Shown here one piece after another: positions 41,742 through 52,134 of a stretch of 64,000 bases of DNA. The notes below the pieces were generated by a model. It was not told the origin of the DNA. It did no database searches and saw nothing but the letters and a program-made list of their open reading frames with translations. A program made the translations under genes and the position numbers. Position 1 is the stretch's first letter; each line of letters opens with the position of its first letter. This stretch comes from a virus: the IMG/VR virus record IMGVR_UViG_3300049255_000405; one strand, given 5' to 3'.

Positions 41742-44700
41742 TATTGTCTACCCGTAATGATGAAGGTGAAACCGCCGGACTGATTCGCGTTGTTGAAGTT
41801 AATGGACGTTGAGCTGATACCGCTCGATAGAACTGCCTGAGCCTGACTGAACGAAGACGTGTACATCGAGGCGAGCTGCAGGGACGGCCCCAGACCAGAC
41901 ACGAAGAAGAGCGGAGTGATTGCACAGGCAATCGATCCCTGACCGGCTCCAGTATCTGTGTTCGACGGGTTGGCATAGAAGTTAATAAGGATCTGTCCGC
42001 CAAACCCTCCGCCACCGTTGAAAATGGCATAGCTGTGCACGTTCCAGGAGTCGTACTCCTGGAACGTGGGGTGTCCACCACTGTCAGTAGTGACAAAGAT
42101 CGTGCCCCACGCCTTGATGACGTTTGCGCCGTTGACGGTGTTCTGAAGCGCCGCGGCGTTGTATGTGTCACCCAGGTGGGTGAGAGCGATGCCGTTGTCG
42201 CTGAATCCCTGGATGCAGGTCCAGCTCCCGTCCGACCAGTTTCCCCCGGGCTGGAAAACTGAGAAGTTGTACATGTACCCGGCCCCGTAGTTGCTACTCC
42301 CGAAGAGGAAGTTGCTTCCAGACCAGACGGTCATGAAGGCGTTCTGTCCAGGAACGTCAGGAACCCACACGCTTCCGTTCCAACTGGCGTTAGTTGTGAT
42401 GGCATACCAGTCGTTGTTGCCGGGCCCGTATCCGCCGTTGCCGGAAAAATTCCAGCCTCGGTAGTGGCGAATACAGACTCCTTGGCCTTGACCACCGAGA
42501 GCCCACGTGATGTGACCGTTATTCCCATCCGGAGCGACGGCGGCTGCGTTAGCAATTTGCACCGAAGTCCCAGAGATCACGTTGACGATCTGGAAATGCC
42601 CGTTGTTGTTGCCGTTGGCAGCTCCAGTGAAATACAGGTACATGCCCTGCATGTTGTTCGTCATACTGGCGAGGCCCGTGATCGTGGCGAGCCCGGCAGA
42701 CACAGCCGAAATGGTGCAACCTCCGTTGCGGCCAGCAGCGAACAAATAATCCGAGCCCTGCGGCCCAGTGCCGTACTCCGCTACCAGGATGCGCATTCCG
42801 CTGTCCGGGTGTGCCGGAACTGAGATGCGCGCGGCCAACTCAGAGGCGAGAGTCGCGGGAGCCAGCTCTCCGAGACGGAGATTGTTCGCCGTAACGATCC
42901 CGGCGTTGCCCTGGTTTCCGTTGATGGAGAACGGGAGAATGCTGTTCGGAGCGCTCGCGGGACCGTTTGGGGCCCACGTCGCCCACGGCGTGTTGTCGGC
43001 GGCTCCGCGGTGCCAATGGAGGAATTGGCTGCCGAAACCGCCGCCCGCGAGCATTTGAACAGCGTTGGCAGCCACGCCGTTGACGTCTTTCGCCCACGCA
43101 ACACCATTCCAGGCCGCGTTGATCGTGAACCAATAGTCCGTCTCGTTGGACGGATTCATCTGTGCGTAGATGCGGATGCTGGGGCTCGCGGTGGGGCTCT
43201 GAGCCTCCCAAATCAGAGTGAAGGTACTCGGCGCGGTCTGCGCGAGAAACCGCGGGATGAGATTCTCGTTGCTGGCGGTCGATTGCGTGCCGGCCAGGAT
43301 GAAGGCCAGCGCTCCGTTGAGCGCTCCGGACGGGTCGAAACCAACGGGCGGCGTGCCCGTACCGAGCGGAGAACCAGCAAACGTGAACGGGCTGGCGACC
43401 GCGGGGCCCGCGTAGAGAAACTCCATTTTGGGCTGGCCCGTGACGGTGCTCTGCCCGATGTAAACGGCGGACGCCGATTGCCCGGCCGTATCTTTCCTCC
43501 AGTTGATGGGGAACCCGACAGGACCGTTCCAATACGCGTTGCAGGTGACCCACAGTCCAGCTTGCGAGTCAGCGAAGAGCCGCATGATCTGCTGAGCATT
43601 GGAGCCGGTCAGACCAGCGACCGACACTCCCTCCCACAGGAGGGTCATGCCACTGCCTTGCGAACTCGAGAACGGCGTAACGATGCGCGGCGTCTGGTTC
43701 GCCTGCAGGTACCCGAGGTTACGCGCTCCGAGTGTGAGCGAGTCGATGCTCAGCACGTCGACGATCTTGCGCAGCAAGTCTGGATTGATCTTGCCGTCCG
43801 GACCGAGAAGCGCCGAGATGCCAAGATTTTCCGTGCCCGCCCCAGGCTGTGCCAGCTGCGGGTCGTCGGTGGCAAGGAACTTCTCGGTGGTGGTCTCGAT
43901 GTTCTCCGGCACCTCCCCGAACTCCATCATCTCGGGGATCATCGCGTGCACGACGGGAGGCGTGACCGCCTCGATGCCGATTGCCGTAGTACCCGTGACG
44001 CTGGTGCCTGACAGACCGAGCTTCGCCATCACGGCAGAAGAACCCGAGACCGTGATGCTCGCCGGAGTTCCGTACGGATCGTCGGTGGTGTGGTCGGGGC
44101 AAACGAAGGCGATTTCTTCGACCGTCGTCGCATTGCCGAATGGCTTGGCCACCACGGAGCCCGAATAAACTCCAGGCACAAGGCCGAGTTTGTCGAGGGT
44201 AGTCGTGAAGTTGTTGGTCGGCAGCGGGCTGGCGCCGAAGAGGTCACCCGCCATGATCTGCACGGTGGAACTCGGACCGCTCGTCAGATGGCTGGTGATT
44301 TGGAGAGTCCCGAAATTCGAAACCGCAGCCGATCCCTGGGCAGCCTGTCCGGCCGTGCTGATGGCGGCGTTGATGAAGTTCACTAGGTCGGATGTCGAGT
44401 AGACGCCCGTGGTCGGATAGATCTGAATCGGCGTGTTGCCGTTCAGAACGATGAAGAACATGTCCTGGCCAGTGATGAACTGCCAGGGCCCAGCAACAGC
44501 ACCGATGACGCCGCCACGACCGGCCTCGGTCCCCGCCGGGAATCCAGCTCCAGCGGCTGCCGCGTTCCAGGCCGCATTCACGGCGCTGATGACGTCTTGC
44601 GCACCGGTCGGCGCCACGCCAAACGTGATAGTGAGGACGTAGGTCTGGATGCTGAAGTTGTGGGACGGATTCGGATAGAGCGCCGGATTGACCGTATTGA

Positions 44701-45607
44701 CCGTGACCGTGAAGCTGTCGCTCGTGGTCAGCGAAGAAAAGTTGCCGCCACTCGTGATGACCTTGCCGGGTACGGAGCCCTGACGGACGTACGACACCAC
44801 GAACTTCGGATTGTTCGAGATGCCCGGGATTTGCTGCAGCCGTCCGTAGATGGACTGGCCAGGCGGATAGAGCGGTATGTTTCCGAGGCCGCTGACGTTG
44901 ATCTGAATGGGGGTCTGCGTGATCGCCGGCGACGAGTCCGGGTTGCGGAGCTGGATGAATCCGCCGAAACCATCCGTCGACTGCGTGATGATGCCGCGCA
45001 CCGGCGAAGAAATGCCCGTGACAGTGGCCGTGTTTCCTGGCGCCAATCCGAGCGCAGTGCACACGCCGACCGTGACGTCATTGACCGTCAGGAAGGCAGA
45101 AGAGCCAGTCGTGTAGCCCGAGGGACCCGCAGACTGGAGAACGAGCTGGCCGTTGATGTTTTGCGCGACCGGAGATGACGGGTTGACTCCGGCGACAGTG
45201 AGGGCCGCGTTGATACGCGCTGCCACCTTGGACGTCGTGATGTACGGATTGCCGCCGATGTTGACGACGTCGCTCGGTTGGAACGTGATGAGGACAGGGT
45301 TGCTCGAGTTGACGTTCGGGAGCGTGATGGTGAAAGACGCGCCCGCGACGACGGGCGACACGAACGGACCCTGCGCGCCGATGATGAACGCCGACGCATC
45401 CGACTCCGCGCCGCCGGGCGTCTGCGTGATGGTCTGCTGCAGGAATTCGTTGTAGTAGTTTTCCGAGATCGTGTTCTGGATGGTCTGAACAGTGCCGCCA
45501 GGAACGTCCGGCGTGCCGAACGGAATGGGCGTCGCCACACCGATCGTGTCGATCCGGGTGAAGTACGACCGCTGGTCCTTGATCTGTTCTTTGCGCGGCT
45601 GAGTCAT
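41741..45607 (-). CDS. Large virion structural protein (1288 aa), beta-rich, tail/baseplate-like
   Basis: Long S/T/G/N-rich ORF with 1-nt overlap to the downstream gene. Confidence 0.7.
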   Translation of the reverse strand: MTQPRKEQIKDQRSYFTRIDTIGVATPIPFGTPDVPGGTVQTIQNTISENYYNEFLQQTITQTPGGAESDASAFIIGAQGPFVSPVVAGASFTITLPNVNSSNPVLITFQPSDVVNIGGNPYITTSKVAARINAALTVAGVNPSSPVAQNINGQLVLQSAGPSGYTTGSSAFLTVNDVTVGVCTALGLAPGNTATVTGISSPVRGIITQSTDGFGGFIQLRNPDSSPAITQTPIQINVSGLGNIPLYPPGQSIYGRLQQIPGISNNPKFVVSYVRQGSVPGKVITSGGNFSSLTTSDSFTVTVNTVNPALYPNPSHNFSIQTYVLTITFGVAPTGAQDVISAVNAAWNAAAAGAGFPAGTEAGRGGVIGAVAGPWQFITGQDMFFIVLNGNTPIQIYPTTGVYSTSDLVNFINAAISTAGQAAQGSAAVSNFGTLQITSHLTSGPSSTVQIMAGDLFGASPLPTNNFTTTLDKLGLVPGVYSGSVVAKPFGNATTVEEIAFVCPDHTTDDPYGTPASITVSGSSAVMAKLGLSGTSVTGTTAIGIEAVTPPVVHAMIPEMMEFGEVPENIETTTEKFLATDDPQLAQPGAGTENLGISALLGPDGKINPDLLRKIVDVLSIDSLTLGARNLGYLQANQTPRIVTPFSSSQGSGMTLLWEGVSVAGLTGSNAQQIMRLFADSQAGLWVTCNAYWNGPVGFPINWRKDTAGQSASAVYIGQSTVTGQPKMEFLYAGPAVASPFTFAGSPLGTGTPPVGFDPSGALNGALAFILAGTQSTASNENLIPRFLAQTAPSTFTLIWEAQSPTASPSIRIYAQMNPSNETDYWFTINAAWNGVAWAKDVNGVAANAVQMLAGGGFGSQFLHWHRGAADNTPWATWAPNGPASAPNSILPFSINGNQGNAGIVTANNLRLGELAPATLASELAARISVPAHPDSGMRILVAEYGTGPQGSDYLFAAGRNGGCTISAVSAGLATITGLASMTNNMQGMYLYFTGAANGNNNGHFQIVNVISGTSVQIANAAAVAPDGNNGHITWALGGQGQGVCIRHYRGWNFSGNGGYGPGNNDWYAITTNASWNGSVWVPDVPGQNAFMTVWSGSNFLFGSSNYGAGYMYNFSVFQPGGNWSDGSWTCIQGFSDNGIALTHLGDTYNAAALQNTVNGANVIKAWGTIFVTTDSGGHPTFQEYDSWNVHSYAIFNGGGGFGGQILINFYANPSNTDTGAGQGSIACAITPLFFVSGLGPSLQLASMYTSSFSQAQAVLSSGISSTSINFNNANQSGGFTFIITGRQ

Positions 45608-45619
45608 CGAATGTCCCTA

Positions 45620-48600
45620 TCAGAACAAGAGGTACCAGAATTCGACGATGTCGGTCGTCAGAAGAGCTGGATTGCTCCCGGAGACGATGTATGTGACGGT
45701 TTGGTTGGTGGTGCCGCCAACTGTGTAGTTGAGCCCGTACTGGAGTTTGACGCCGTTGAGGAACATCTGCACGGCGGTCGGATCGAGCGGGCGGTTCGGA
45801 AGGGTGAAGGTGAGCTGCCCGTCCGAGGTGACCGGAAGGGTGATCTGCTCCTGCGAGTTGAGGGACACGTCCGACGACCCGAAGAACAGGGGGTTGTCGA
45901 AGATGTTCGTAACGAAAAGGGCCGGCGGAACCGGGAGAATGCCGGTGTTGACGTAGCCACGGCGCTTCTCCAAGGGCTTACCCAGGAGACGGTACCTGTC
46001 GACAGCGGTGAACCCTTCGTTGGTACCGGCAGCCGAGTGCGACACGTTCGTATCGCGGAAATAGGCCGGCACCGCCTGGGTGACGACGAACATCTGCAGC
46101 TCGTTGCCCATGTGGATCTCGGTGGAGCCCACAGACTCCGGCTGAGAACGCACAAGGAATGCGGAGCCGACGAGAAGCGACCCGGCGTTGATGTTCGGGC
46201 GGACTTTCGGGAACCTCGAGGAGATCGGACCACCGACCCAAGGTGGCGTGACCGACCAGGCCGCACCTCCACGCGTCGTCTTGAACACCGTCGTACTGGC
46301 AGGATTCGCGGTGCCGTCGACTCGAATGACGGCTTCGGAACCAACGCCAGTCGTGCCCGATGTGTTGCCGCAGATGAACTCCGTGCCCTCCCAGGTCGAT
46401 TCGCCAGGCGCGCTCGGGGCGAGCGACGCCTCGTAGTTCTGGAAGGTGAACGTGCCGACTGCGTTGGCGCCGACACCCGTGGAGTTGATCTGCTGGTAGA
46501 GGGTCTTGCCGACGAAGTCCTTGTCTCGGAAGTAGATGCCCATCGGCAGTTGCGAAGTGGCACCTGCGAATTCCGGCGGGACGAAGTTGTCGTAGACCGG
46601 ATCCAAGCCACCGATCTTGGTCGGTGGGCGAGTCGCGACACCTGTGGGCGGAGTCGGTGAGTTAACGACCGGAAAGAGCTGGTCCGACCAGTCCTCGTAA
46701 CCAACACGGTTCGCCGAGAAGCGACGTGCGAGATCGAGCAGGGTCCCGGCGTAATCCGGCGGGTTGTTCGGTGCCTCAAACGTGTCGAGGAGGGGTAGCG
46801 GCTGCGAACCCGAGAGACGACCCGTCCCGAGCGACATCACGAAGCTCGTGGACGCGAGCACCTCGAAACCGGTCTCGTTCGGGAGAGCCAGGCTCGAGAT
46901 GGGACCCAGCGGGCTCGTGAAGATCGACGTGGCTTCTCCGACCGTCAGCGGTCCGAGCCTGTAGAGGTCGTCCGAATAGGCGTTCTGAGTTCCGAATGGA
47001 TCGCCTTGGTACGGCTGGCGGCTGTAGTAGATCGTCAGCTCGTTGTTCGAAGCATTGCTCGAGAGCGGCGCCGGCGCGATGATGCCGATGGTGCCGTCCT
47101 GCGAGGTCGAGAACTGATCCTGCAGGATGACTCCGCCGCCCGTGTTCTTGGCGACGCAAACGCGTCCGTTGGTCTGCAGGAAGCCTCGATCGAATCCGAA
47201 CAGGACGCACTCGACAACGAACTGGGCATTGTTGAAGTTCGTACCCGAAGGTGCCTTCGTGAAGTCCAGGCAATCGGCCGAGAGGATGAAGTATGGGTCT
47301 CCGTTGGCGTCCACGTTGAGCAGGACGGTCGGGCCGTCGTAGCTGTCGTGCAGGAGGTTGACGTCTGCTCCCGGCTGGCCAACGAACTGGCGATTGTTAT
47401 TGAACGGGCTCGAGATGGGCTGCACCGCCGATCCCTGACGGAGATAGACGCCGGTGATGCGCGCCGGCGCGAGGAACGGCGGGAACTGAATGCCCTGGAA
47501 GGGGCCGCCGTTGGCCGACTGGAGAGAGTTGTTCGTGTACTTGGTACCGAAGATGGAGAGAATACCCGCCTGCGTGCCGTAGGTCTCGCCAACATTTGGC
47601 GTGACGATGTAGTAGCCCGGCGCGCTCGGATACGAGACGATATTCTCGTTGTAGCTCGAGTTGTTCAGGTTCGGGCCTTCTTGCGCCACGAACATGAAAT
47701 TCAGGCCGCTGGGAAACACGGCGTTGGTCGTCGCCTGCAGAGGGATGTGATGCAGACCCGGCCGCGGCAGATACTCCCACGGGATCTCGAAGTAGAGGCT
47801 GTTGACACCGTGGTAGAACAGGTTGAGGGCGTCGATGGTCGTCTGAGGCACGACCGGGTGCACGATATTGACGCCGTTCTGGTCCAGGCTCGGCATCGCG
47901 CCCTGGTACTGGATCGTCGGATTGAAGTACCAGTTGAGCTGCTGGCCGTTGCGCGCGAGAAGCTGCGGGACACGGACTTCGCGGTACGGAGCCGCGTAGA
48001 CGGTCTTGCTGCCCGGGTCGACCATCACCTCGGAAGTCCGCGCGAGATTCCGGTTTACACCGGTCTGCACGTACGGCGAGTCGCCAAGATACGTCGGGAT
48101 CATGCGCGAAATGCCGGACAGGCCGCCGCGCAGAAGGGTCTGCGTCGTGTTGGACGCCGACCCGCGGTACCAAACCGTGTGGATGTAGTCCGGCTTGTGA
48201 GACAAGCCGCGACCAGCTCCGTAGACGACGGCGAAGTCGATGTGCATCACGACATTCGTGACGTAAGGAATCGCCGTGTTGCCCTGGAGAGCGTCCTTGA
48301 ACTCCTGCAGTTCGGTGTCGACGCCACCGCTTTGGAAGCGGATGACGAGGTTTCCGTTCACATCGGTGGTGACGCTCAGGCCTTGACCGCTCTTGAGGAC
48401 CTTGTTTCCCTGCGTCGGGAAGAGAAGATCCGGGTTGGAAGTCGTAGGCGCGGTCGTACCGGCCGACGTGACGACCTCGCCAGTCGTCATCGTGCCCGAA
48501 CCGCCTGTGCACCCCGTGAAGCTCGAGCCGGAGATGGAGGTGTAGTTGACCGTCGAGCCGTTGATGTTGATGGTTCCGCCGCTCGAGGAGAAGCCCGAGG

Positions 48601-50470
48601 TCGAAGCCACGAAGATGGTTGCCTGAGGCAACGTCTGGCCGTTCGAACCTGCGGCGATCGTCGTCGATGGCAGCGATCCGTTGGGGTCCGACGTCATTCC
48701 TTCGAATCGGATGACGACGGCGTCCGGGTCCTCGGAAGGCAACACGAACCTGACTTGATCCGAGTCCGAGCCCGGCATACCCGCGGCGAATGGGGAGAGC
48801 TGGATGGTGATGGAGTCGCCGTTCCACCACGATGGGTAGAGGCCGCCCGACAGTCGGTTACCGGGCACGTGGATGGGCGGGGTGCCTGTCCACAGAACCT
48901 CGACGTTGTAAGGGGCGACCGTGAACTGCAGCGGCGTGTCGATGAGCTGCGAGTTCGAAGGAACGACCACCGGGACGTTGAAGCGCTGCGTGGTCACCGC
49001 ATCCGAGAACATGCGGCGGTTTCCATCCGGAGCATCGAGTCTCGTCAGCCCTCCGACGAACACTGAAGAATCGGTGATGCGGTCGCCGTAGAAGGTAACG
49101 GGTCCTGCCGAGTTCGTGCTTCCGAAACGCTTCCAGGTCGAGCGCAGGTTGCCCTTGAGAAGCTCGATGAAGTTCGTCTTGAGGATGCTGTCGTAGTCGA
49201 ACTTGTCCGCCACCGAGTGGCGCATGTCGAGAATGTCAGTCGCCGCGATTTGGTCGGCGAACAGCCCGTCCGGGCGAATCGTGTACTCGATGAGGGGAGT
49301 ACCCGAGTTGTGCGCGCGGATCGTCGTCTGGAGCTGGCCGCGGTCGATGGTGCAGGTGAACGACGTCGGCGAGTTCTGCACGACGTTGTTGATGCGGATG
49401 ATCTCGTCGTTGAGGTAAAAATACGCCTCGCCAAACGAGTTCATCGTCTGCAGCACGGTGCCGGCGATGCTGTTGATGGTGAAAGACGTGTCGGTCAGCC
49501 CCATTGCGGATTGGAGCGCGAGAGAGGCCGTGTACATCGTCGCGTCGGAACGGGAGATGGCGACGCTATTGCGATTGAACGCGCCGGCGAGGTTGCCCGT
49601 GTCGGAAAACCCTGCTCCGTTGCGACGGAAAACGGTGCAGATGGGGATGGCATAAACGTAGCCGTCTGAGGTTCCGAAAGTCGCCGGGTCGCCGGTCCCC
49701 GCACGCCAAAGGCCCGGGTCGCCGAGCGTCTGGCGCATGTTGGTGAAGGGGACGCTCGAGGGCTGCAGCAGGAGGCCCTGCGCGAACACGAGACTCGGGT
49801 CGAACCCTTCTGGATACTGCGCGATGTTGATTCCCTGGACGACGCGGATGCGGTACTGGACCTGCACGCGCTTCGTGGTCGGGAAGTTCATGTCCGGATC
49901 GATGAGGTCGTCCGGGATGTAGCTGAAACCGCCTTCGACGTTGCCGAATCTATAGATGAACCCGCGCTGCGGCTTGCCTGGTGCGACACCCGGAGGGGCG
50001 GGATCCACGTCGATGACTGCCTGCCACACCTCGAGGAACACGAACTCGGCGATGTTGCCGCCCGTCGAGGTCGACGGAGGATTGAGCAGGATTTTGTTCC
50101 AGGTGTCGACGTCGTCGGCTGCCAGCGGGGGCTCGCCGGTCTCCGTCCCTGCCACAGGGATAGGCCACCCGTTGACGACAGCCCACGTGAGGTTACGGAC
50201 CTCGCCCGGAGTGTTGCGACCGAAATAGAACAGGTTCGAGTTGTTGACGTTCGTGAAGAAGTCGGCCTTTGGATTGGCCTCGTTCATCAGCCATCCGGAA
50301 GGCATCTCGGCGCGGAGAGCCTCTGCACGCGATTCCCAGTCGACAAGCGAAACGAGGTTCAGCTCGGAGTCGAGCGGTGGCTTGTTCGCCTGGAATACAA
50401 CGACAGCAAATTGCTTGTCGCGGTCGTCCGTGTACCGGGAGACTCCGGGGCCTAGGGGATTAGTCGGCAT
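45620..50470 (-). CDS. Giant structural protein (1616 aa), paralog of the 913 aa protein at 59782..62523
   Basis: Shared blocks: LEVW..; RVQ(V/I)QYR(I/Y)RV(V/I); (S/V)DGY(V/M)YA(I/V)PIC(T/A)VFRRN. Confidence 0.8.
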   Translation of the reverse strand: MPTNPLGPGVSRYTDDRDKQFAVVVFQANKPPLDSELNLVSLVDWESRAEALRAEMPSGWLMNEANPKADFFTNVNNSNLFYFGRNTPGEVRNLTWAVVNGWPIPVAGTETGEPPLAADDVDTWNKILLNPPSTSTGGNIAEFVFLEVWQAVIDVDPAPPGVAPGKPQRGFIYRFGNVEGGFSYIPDDLIDPDMNFPTTKRVQVQYRIRVVQGINIAQYPEGFDPSLVFAQGLLLQPSSVPFTNMRQTLGDPGLWRAGTGDPATFGTSDGYVYAIPICTVFRRNGAGFSDTGNLAGAFNRNSVAISRSDATMYTASLALQSAMGLTDTSFTINSIAGTVLQTMNSFGEAYFYLNDEIIRINNVVQNSPTSFTCTIDRGQLQTTIRAHNSGTPLIEYTIRPDGLFADQIAATDILDMRHSVADKFDYDSILKTNFIELLKGNLRSTWKRFGSTNSAGPVTFYGDRITDSSVFVGGLTRLDAPDGNRRMFSDAVTTQRFNVPVVVPSNSQLIDTPLQFTVAPYNVEVLWTGTPPIHVPGNRLSGGLYPSWWNGDSITIQLSPFAAGMPGSDSDQVRFVLPSEDPDAVVIRFEGMTSDPNGSLPSTTIAAGSNGQTLPQATIFVASTSGFSSSGGTININGSTVNYTSISGSSFTGCTGGSGTMTTGEVVTSAGTTAPTTSNPDLLFPTQGNKVLKSGQGLSVTTDVNGNLVIRFQSGGVDTELQEFKDALQGNTAIPYVTNVVMHIDFAVVYGAGRGLSHKPDYIHTVWYRGSASNTTQTLLRGGLSGISRMIPTYLGDSPYVQTGVNRNLARTSEVMVDPGSKTVYAAPYREVRVPQLLARNGQQLNWYFNPTIQYQGAMPSLDQNGVNIVHPVVPQTTIDALNLFYHGVNSLYFEIPWEYLPRPGLHHIPLQATTNAVFPSGLNFMFVAQEGPNLNNSSYNENIVSYPSAPGYYIVTPNVGETYGTQAGILSIFGTKYTNNSLQSANGGPFQGIQFPPFLAPARITGVYLRQGSAVQPISSPFNNNRQFVGQPGADVNLLHDSYDGPTVLLNVDANGDPYFILSADCLDFTKAPSGTNFNNAQFVVECVLFGFDRGFLQTNGRVCVAKNTGGGVILQDQFSTSQDGTIGIIAPAPLSSNASNNELTIYYSRQPYQGDPFGTQNAYSDDLYRLGPLTVGEATSIFTSPLGPISSLALPNETGFEVLASTSFVMSLGTGRLSGSQPLPLLDTFEAPNNPPDYAGTLLDLARRFSANRVGYEDWSDQLFPVVNSPTPPTGVATRPPTKIGGLDPVYDNFVPPEFAGATSQLPMGIYFRDKDFVGKTLYQQINSTGVGANAVGTFTFQNYEASLAPSAPGESTWEGTEFICGNTSGTTGVGSEAVIRVDGTANPASTTVFKTTRGGAAWSVTPPWVGGPISSRFPKVRPNINAGSLLVGSAFLVRSQPESVGSTEIHMGNELQMFVVTQAVPAYFRDTNVSHSAAGTNEGFTAVDRYRLLGKPLEKRRGYVNTGILPVPPALFVTNIFDNPLFFGSSDVSLNSQEQITLPVTSDGQLTFTLPNRPLDPTAVQMFLNGVKLQYGLNYTVGGTTNQTVTYIVSGSNPALLTTDIVEFWYLLF

Positions 50471-50545
50471 GTCCTAGCAGATCTCCGCTTCGAACCTTCA
50501 GGGTCTATGACCCCGGCAGCATAAGCGTCCTAGCCACACTACCGC

Positions 50546-51217
50546 CTATCCGTAGATCAGGTACCAGTCCGAGACGTGGTACGGGATGGTGGAGTTGTTG
50601 ATGAACTTGAGCCGGAAAGTCGCGGGATATGTGATGTTTGTCGGCACCGCGGAATCCGGCGTCGGAGTCGCGATGTCTGCGAAAGGCCCGGTCGACTGGC
50701 AAACGCTGACCGAAAACGTCGCGTTGTCGAAGTTCTCGAATGAACTGGTGCTAGGGTTGTACCCATAGAGGAGCTTGCTGATCGGCGTCGGGGACGTCGG
50801 ATTCTGAACATCAACCGGAGAACGGAAGAGGCTGAATCCGCCGTAGTGGAGGCACGTTTGGTGCGCACCTGCCGCAATGGAGATCGGGTTCGTGAGGAGG
50901 GTGCCTCCAGGATAGATAACCGTCCGCTTGTTCGGTCCTAGCTCGATACCTGAAGAATTCACCGAGTCGACGTTGGGACTCGAGATGAGTTCGTCGGAGA
51001 TGACGTTCGGGAAAGGGATGTTCTGCGACGTGAAAAAGACCGCCCACGCGTTCGATTTCTGCGTGATGAGGTCCGAAATGCTGTTGTCCGTGTTCGGAGA
51101 AACGGTCCCTATCTGCGGAGGGATGTCGATGACGTAGTGGCCACTGATGTCGAACAGCAGCGGCTCTTCGTAGACGCCGTGGATCGTATTCGTGGCGGGG
51201 TCGATAAGGACCTTCAT
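50546..51217 (-). CDS. Hypothetical structural protein, S/T/N/P-rich
   Basis: Track ORF. Confidence 0.5.
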   Translation of the reverse strand: MKVLIDPATNTIHGVYEEPLLFDISGHYVIDIPPQIGTVSPNTDNSISDLITQKSNAWAVFFTSQNIPFPNVISDELISSPNVDSVNSSGIELGPNKRTVIYPGGTLLTNPISIAAGAHQTCLHYGGFSLFRSPVDVQNPTSPTPISKLLYGYNPSTSSFENFDNATFSVSVCQSTGPFADIATPTPDSAVPTNITYPATFRLKFINNSTIPYHVSDWYLIYG

Positions 51218-51282
51218 TGAGACCTCAGCAACTGGTGTTCAGACACTACCAGCCCACGAGGTCCGACCGATGAAGCTCCTAA

Positions 51283-51702
51283 CTACCCGCTGGATGCGAC
51301 GTCGTGAACAGTGAAGATTCCCTGATAAAAATAGACCGTGAGCGGGTAGACTGCGCTCAAAGGAGACACCTGCACCGAAATGCTTCCCGTGGAATTTATG
51401 ACCCTGTGAATCCTGATGCTTCCGTGACCTGAAATGGTCTGGACCACTCCTCCGCCAGAGATGGGTTCCCCACCGAGAGCGAACTGGACGAGCAACTGTA
51501 TCGGCTGTTCGACGAACACACTCAGTGCAACATGGGCGAGAAACGTGTTTCCAAGACTAGGCGAAATCCCAATCCCGTTGGTAGTGGCGTTGGAGAAGTC
51601 ACCCTGGTTTTCCCATGCGATATTCTGAGGGGTCCCGTTCGTCCAGATGTACGCGGCGTCCGGATCAGTGAGTCGGAACAGGTTGGAAAGCTCGCCGTAC
51701 AT
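51283..51702 (-). CDS. Small beta-rich protein, member 1 of three tandem ~140 aa paralogs (possible C1q/TNF-like tip domain)
   Basis: N-terminal MYG(E/Q)L and C-terminal YF(Y/F)QG(I/A)F(T/S)V shared by the 3 ORFs. Confidence 0.5.
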   Translation of the reverse strand: MYGELSNLFRLTDPDAAYIWTNGTPQNIAWENQGDFSNATTNGIGISPSLGNTFLAHVALSVFVEQPIQLLVQFALGGEPISGGGVVQTISGHGSIRIHRVINSTGSISVQVSPLSAVYPLTVYFYQGIFTVHDVASSG

Positions 51703-51708
51703 GCTGCC

Positions 51709-52134
51709 TCACGTATCGAGGTCTTGGATGGTGAAGGCGCCTTGATAGAAAGACGCCGTGCACGGAAGCGAGGGCAGAGACACCAAGTTCACCCCGAGTC
51801 TCACGGAATCGCCAGTCCTTAGGGCCACCATCTTTTGCAGGCTCACCACTCGAGACCCGCCGAAAACTGAGCATGTGATCCCAGCGATATTCCCTCCCGC
51901 TGTGGAGAGAAACTGGAAAAAGAGTTGTATCGGCTGGCCCGTGTAAACAGACACGCTGGCCTTGAGCAGAAACTCACCGGCACCGGACACAACGAATCCA
52001 TTGTTCGACACAGTGACACCCGACAGGTCACTGCTTGACGTCCACGGGACTGCTTGTGTCTTGTATCTTGTCCAGGTGAGAGTTACCTCGGCGGGGTACA
52101 TCAAGCTGACGTCGTTGTAGAGCTGGCCGTACAT
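51709..52134 (-). CDS. Small beta-rich protein, paralog 2
   Basis: As above. Confidence 0.5.
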   Translation of the reverse strand: MYGQLYNDVSLMYPAEVTLTWTRYKTQAVPWTSSSDLSGVTVSNNGFVVSGAGEFLLKASVSVYTGQPIQLFFQFLSTAGGNIAGITCSVFGGSRVVSLQKMVALRTGDSVRLGVNLVSLPSLPCTASFYQGAFTIQDLDT

